The notes under the pieces are model-generated. The model did not search any database. It saw only the letters and a program-made list of their open reading frames with translations, and had not been told where the DNA came from. This document shows, piece by piece, positions 59,633 through 64,000 of a DNA stretch of 64,000 nucleotides (positions are counted from its first letter, which is position 1; each line of letters opens with the position of its first letter). Both the position numbers and the translations under genes were made by a program. This stretch comes from an uncultured Nitrososphaerota archaeon (GTDB lineage Archaea > Thermoproteota > Nitrososphaeria > Nitrososphaerales > CADDZS01): assembly GCA_963799845.1 (NCBI GenBank), contig CAWCYI010000006.1:1600001-1664000 (forward strand), read 5' to 3'.

Positions 59633-61276
59633 ATGCCCGAAGCCCAAAATTATGACCCACCACTGTTAATCACAAAGATCCTTACTCAGACAATTTACAG
59701 GAACAGCCCGAGTCAGGTCGTCTTCGGAAAAAATCGGGAGACTTGGAAAGAGCTCAACCAAAGGGCCATGGCGCTCGCTCACGGGTTGAGAAATCACGGA
59801 GTAAGAAAAGGCTCCAAGGTCGCGGTTGTGGATTTTGACACCCACAATTATCTCGAGTCATATTACGCAATCCCAGCAATCCAAGCCGTACTGCACACGG
59901 TCAACATACGACTACCTCCAGAACAGATCGCTTACACGATGTCAAATGCCGACGACGAGGCGGTGCTCATTCGGGACGAGTTTGTCCCGTTGCTCGTCAA
60001 GCTGATGCCCCACATCAAGACGATAAAGAATGTCATAGTGATGAGCGAATCTGGTTCGATGCCTGCCGGTTCCCCCGATGGCGCGATCTTCTACGACGAT
60101 CTCATCAAAAATTTTGATAGGAACTTTCAACCAGGTGATTTCGACGAAAATACTCCGGCGACCCTTTTTTACACGTCCGGAACGACTGGCACCCCAAAGG
60201 GAGTGTGGTTCACCCACAGACAGCTAGTTCTTCACACGTTGTCGGCTACGATAGGACTATCTTCTTCGCAGAGTCCCGCCAAGCTCGAGGCTCGCGATGT
60301 TATCTTACCGTTGGTACCTATGTTTCACGTTCACGGCTGGGGATTTCCATACATCAGCGGCATGTTAGGGCAAAAGTATGTTCTTGTCGGAAAATACGAT
60401 CCTGGTCGGATTTTGGAACAATTATCAGCCGAAAAAGCGACGTGGTCCCACATGGTTCCGACGATCCTCAACATGGTCCTCAACCATCCGTCCATCGAGT
60501 CTCATCGTGATTCGCTGCGACGCTGGAAGGTGATCACTGGAGGATCTGCTCTACCCTCGGAGCTCGCGCGAAAGGCGATGAGCTATGGTATCAAAGTAAT
60601 GACGGGTTATGGGCTCAGCGAGACGGCCCCCATCCTCACTCTTGGAGTCCCGGGCGAACGGGAGTACGACCTCCCACCAGAAGAAATGCTCCTGAAATCG
60701 CTGCTCAAAACGGGTCTTCCAGTCCCTCTCGTAGATCTCAGGGTCGTCGATGGTGATATGAATGACGTCCCGAGAGACGGGAAGACCATAGGCGAGATTG
60801 TGGTTCGATCTCCGTGGACGACAAAAGAGTACTACAAGGATCCTGCACTTACACAGGAGCTCTGGGGCGGCGGGTGGCTCCACACGAAAGATCTTGCGAC
60901 TATAGACGAAAGTGGCTACCTCAAGATCGCAGACCGCGCAAAAGATGCGGTAAAGAGCGGCGGGGAGTGGATCTCGACGATTGATCTCGAAGACATTCTT
61001 ATGCGTCATCCGTCAGTGCTGGAAGCTGCGGTCGTCGGGGCAGTCGATGAAGAATGGGGAGAGAGACCTGTTGCGATAGTGACCAAGAAAGCCGGTGAGG
61101 AACTGACGAAAGCAGATCTGAAGAAACACTTTCAGCGCTACGTGGATTCAGGACACATTGCCAAGTTCTGGGTTCCCGACCGCTGCATAATCATTGACGA
61201 ACCGCTTCCAAAAACCAGTACGGGAAAAATAGACAAGAAGCCTCTGCGCGAAAAGCATTCAAAGCTAAACACTTAG
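59633..61276 (+). CDS. Fatty-acid--CoA ligase
   Basis: YTSGTTGTPKG, GYGLSET, KSGGEWIS, TGKIDK. Confidence 0.95.
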   Translation: MPEAQNYDPPLLITKILTQTIYRNSPSQVVFGKNRETWKELNQRAMALAHGLRNHGVRKGSKVAVVDFDTHNYLESYYAIPAIQAVLHTVNIRLPPEQIAYTMSNADDEAVLIRDEFVPLLVKLMPHIKTIKNVIVMSESGSMPAGSPDGAIFYDDLIKNFDRNFQPGDFDENTPATLFYTSGTTGTPKGVWFTHRQLVLHTLSATIGLSSSQSPAKLEARDVILPLVPMFHVHGWGFPYISGMLGQKYVLVGKYDPGRILEQLSAEKATWSHMVPTILNMVLNHPSIESHRDSLRRWKVITGGSALPSELARKAMSYGIKVMTGYGLSETAPILTLGVPGEREYDLPPEEMLLKSLLKTGLPVPLVDLRVVDGDMNDVPRDGKTIGEIVVRSPWTTKEYYKDPALTQELWGGGWLHTKDLATIDESGYLKIADRAKDAVKSGGEWISTIDLEDILMRHPSVLEAAVVGAVDEEWGERPVAIVTKKAGEELTKADLKKHFQRYVDSGHIAKFWVPDRCIIIDEPLPKTSTGKIDKKPLREKHSKLNT

Positions 61277-61653
61277 GGCGTCCTAATAACTCCGCTCGTC
61301 CTTCCTCGCAGTACTTCCTTTCCGTGCTGGTTGTAACAGACAAAGTCCATCGCGACTTTCAGATATCCCTTGGACTGCTCCACTTTGGTTACTACCGCAT
61401 CTGCCCGAACTTTATCGCCGGCAAATACAGGTCTAATAAATTCGTAAGAGATTTCTCGGGCGATGTAATTCATGTCTCCGCCAAGTTTCGTCGGTACTGT
61501 TGCGGTCAGAAGTCCATGAAGCATTATGCGTCCCTCCTTATCGGGTTGCATGTGGTGCTCCCCCTTGTCTCCTGAAAGCTCGGCAAACAGTTCGACGTCT
61601 TTCACGGTAAAAGTGCGTTCATAGGATGCCTTCTGTCCGACCTCGATCTTCAT
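61273..61653 (-). CDS. MaoC-like hotdog dehydratase
   Basis: FAELSGD..HH, HGLLT, FIRPVFAGD. Confidence 0.88.
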   Translation of the reverse strand: MKIEVGQKASYERTFTVKDVELFAELSGDKGEHHMQPDKEGRIMLHGLLTATVPTKLGGDMNYIAREISYEFIRPVFAGDKVRADAVVTKVEQSKGYLKVAMDFVCYNQHGKEVLRGRTSGVIRTP

Positions 61654-61717
61654 TCCGAAAATTGCCCTCTCCTTGACCTGGTTTTATAGTAGAATTGTTT
61701 CATTTATTGCGAGGATT

Positions 61718-62599
61718 CTATTGAATTTTCAATAATTCATTGTAAATTTCGGGCCTTCGTGATCTCAAACTCGAATCAGGCTTCCCCCGCTCAATTTCTA
61801 GCGTTTCTTTCCGAAAGTCCGCGTGAATTAACTCTTCGGAGCCTCGACTCTCTTCCAGGATCTGTCCCTTTGGATCAAACAGGGCGCTGTACCCGGGATA
61901 TGAGGTCTGATCTGAAACTCTTCCAACCTGATCGACATATACAAGGTAAGCCTTGTTGTCGTAGGCCCGGCTGGGAATGAATGTCATTACCTCTTTTCTT
62001 CGATCCTCAAACTTCCCCGAAGTCACGGGCCCGAATGCGTCTTCATTTGCCCATGCGTGGGGCATTAGTATTATTTCCGCTCCCTTTATGGCAAGTATTC
62101 GCGGCACCTCGGGCATTACGTTATCGAAGCACGTTGCGATCCCGACCCTGCAGCTGTCCAGATCAAAGATGGGAAACTCTCCGCCGAAACGAGAGAACGG
62201 GAATTCAACGGCCGGCATGTGCGTCTTCCTGTATTTGCCTATGAATCCGTTCGGACCGCAGATGAAATACGAATTATACACCATGTGGTTATCGATTTCA
62301 AAAATACCAGCCGAGATGAAAATTCCAAGTCTCTTTGATAAGCTAGTCACGAACTTCACGGCAGGGCCACCGGGCACAGATTCTGCGATCCTTCTAACTT
62401 CGCCGAAGACTTGATCGCCAGAAAGCTTCGAGTCGATTCCTGCGCAATAAAAGCCAGTTATGCTCATTTCGGGAAAACATACCAGTTCTGCGTGATCTCT
62501 CTTCGCCTTCACGGACCACTTTTCGATACTTTTCAGATTGGTCTCTTTCTGTCCTAACTCGCAACGCATCTGGATGCCGGCGACCCTGATATCTCTCAT
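61718..62599 (-). CDS. Carbon-nitrogen hydrolase (nitrilase family)
   Basis: FPE, YRKTH, TCFD triad. Confidence 0.92.
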   Translation of the reverse strand: MRDIRVAGIQMRCELGQKETNLKSIEKWSVKAKRDHAELVCFPEMSITGFYCAGIDSKLSGDQVFGEVRRIAESVPGGPAVKFVTSLSKRLGIFISAGIFEIDNHMVYNSYFICGPNGFIGKYRKTHMPAVEFPFSRFGGEFPIFDLDSCRVGIATCFDNVMPEVPRILAIKGAEIILMPHAWANEDAFGPVTSGKFEDRRKEVMTFIPSRAYDNKAYLVYVDQVGRVSDQTSYPGYSALFDPKGQILEESRGSEELIHADFRKETLEIERGKPDSSLRSRRPEIYNELLKIQ

Positions 62600-62765
62600 T
62601 GATCAATCCCACAACTCGTAAGTATGTAGGTTAATCGCAGGATGCGAGCCCTGAGATGACGAATCTGTTCGAATGAAGTCTGATTACCCTTTCCGCAAAA
62701 TCATCGCGACAGCTGAAAAGTACCTCTTAAATCGTAATTCAAAAACTTTCTTTGTCGCTGGAAAA

Positions 62766-63554
62766 ATGGGTAACGGGAACAGGCTGCAAGACAAGGTTGC
62801 AATAGTAACCGGAGCCTCGCGAGGCATAGGTCGATCCATAGCGCTGGAGCTCGCAGACGGGGGAGCAAATGTATGCGTGAATTACAACAAGAACCGCGAA
62901 AGGGCGAGCGAGGTGGTCAGCCAGATCGTCTCAATGGGCAGAGCGGCAGTTGCAGTTCAAGCTGATGTCTCAAAGAAACTGGAGGTGGAGCAGATGGTTT
63001 CGGAAGCAGTTTCAAAGTTTGGACGCATCGATATCCTCGTGAATAACGCCGGCATCATTCATTTCGGAGATCTCCTTGAAAACGAAGACCAGTTTCGAGA
63101 AATGTTGGAGGTCAATCTGATGGGAGTTATGTACTGCGCGAAAGAGGTGTCCAAACACATGATCCCTAGGAAGTCAGGGAAGATTGTCAACATTTCAAGC
63201 GTGGCGGGAATAGGCATTCCGGAAACCGGGTCTGGTGGATACGCGGTGACGAAAGCTGCGGTCATCATGCTCACTAAGAGACTCGGAGTCGAATTCGGGC
63301 CCCATGGAATAAACGTGAACTGCGTGGCTCCAGGTTACATTGTGACGGACATGGCCGGTGTTGGAAAGACCGAAGAGGAAGAGCTAGCATCACAAAAAAG
63401 GGTGGCAGGATTGACTATGATGCGTAGAGTCGCAAAGCCCGAAGAAGTCGCGAAGGTCGTATCTTTTCTGTCATCCGATGACTCTGCTTTCATTTCCGGT
63501 CAGACCATCACGGTCGACGGTGGCAGGATGAACTTTCTCTCACATTCGATGTAA
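62766..63554 (+). CDS. SDR oxidoreductase (FabG-like)
   Basis: TGASRGIG, NNAG, YAVTK; start placed at internal ATG. Confidence 0.93.
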   Translation: MGNGNRLQDKVAIVTGASRGIGRSIALELADGGANVCVNYNKNRERASEVVSQIVSMGRAAVAVQADVSKKLEVEQMVSEAVSKFGRIDILVNNAGIIHFGDLLENEDQFREMLEVNLMGVMYCAKEVSKHMIPRKSGKIVNISSVAGIGIPETGSGGYAVTKAAVIMLTKRLGVEFGPHGINVNCVAPGYIVTDMAGVGKTEEEELASQKRVAGLTMMRRVAKPEEVAKVVSFLSSDDSAFISGQTITVDGGRMNFLSHSM

Positions 63555-63607
63555 AATTTCAAAAAAAATTAAGGAGAGCCCGGTCAACGGGCTAAAGTCT
63601 TCTAGGA

Positions 63608-63892
63608 TTACTTTCCGAAAAACTCTTCCGGCGTTACCGCGATTTCGTAACTTTTTGGCACGAAACCCAAGTTTTGGTTACCTGCCTCAGCGAAGTAGAT
63701 TCGCCCGGCCTTGTTGAGCCACTCGTATTCTTTCACGTGGAATATGTAAAGAACCGAAGCATCCTGCGGGAAGTACGGGCCGTCCATCGTTCCACCTACT
63801 TTCTCCTGGATTTGCAGTTGGACCTTGTGCAGTTTTTTGATGTCTGATTTTATGTCAGTACCCTCGTAGTCGGCTTTCCAGAGAATTATCAT
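63608..63892 (-). CDS. Hypothetical protein
   Basis: 94-aa ATG ORF. Confidence 0.7.
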   Translation of the reverse strand: MIILWKADYEGTDIKSDIKKLHKVQLQIQEKVGGTMDGPYFPQDASVLYIFHVKEYEWLNKAGRIYFAEAGNQNLGFVPKSYEIAVTPEEFFGK

Positions 63893-64000
63893 TTATACCA
63901 AATCCTCTTTGAACAGGCTTAGCTTCGCATATGTGATTGAAAGGTGTTTGGGTCGCGTGTCTAAATCTCACGATCCGGCTGGATTTAGGGCCCAGCACTG

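Noticed and set aside
1-64000. CRISPR array, rRNA or complete tRNA gene
   Set aside because: No regularly spaced repeats or full cloverleaf found by eye

Overview
Archaeal DNA, most likely a Nitrososphaerota (Thaumarchaeota)-type genome; this is inferred from gene content and frequent TTG starts. The window has two parts. (1) About 1-41.8 kb is a heavily rearranged accessory island. It holds a plasmid/provirus-like replication module (wHTH and AbrB-like regulators, zinc finger, AAA+/SF3-like helicase, palindromic iteron region) and two complete IS elements with verifiable 8-bp target duplications (single-ORF IS66 at 2683-4181, IS6-like at 35976-36724), each splitting a gene that can be rebuilt in frame. 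It also holds an XPB-like plus Hef/FANCM-like helicase pair, HNH/HsdR/PIN defence remnants, about a dozen secreted or membrane-anchored proteins and many gene fragments. It ends at a degenerate tRNA-Leu-like 3' fragment (att-like) near 41.75 kb; no integrase is visible in the window. (2) About 42.7-64 kb is ordinary chromosome (SDRs, peptidases, ABC transporter, frameshifted queE, ADH, class III cyclase-TPR, acyl-CoA ligase, nitrilase). The most unusual signals are non-coding: two orphan ~155-bp TGT-initiated elements with conserved TAACATAA box spacing, each cutting off an upstream gene; an ~85-bp inverted repeat bracketing the Hef-like helicase and a convergent gene (possible inversion switch); a 37-bp tRNA-D-arm-like, palindromic direct repeat flanking one gene; and a reciprocally decayed duplication. 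All protein assignments rest on motif recognition by eye, not database searches.
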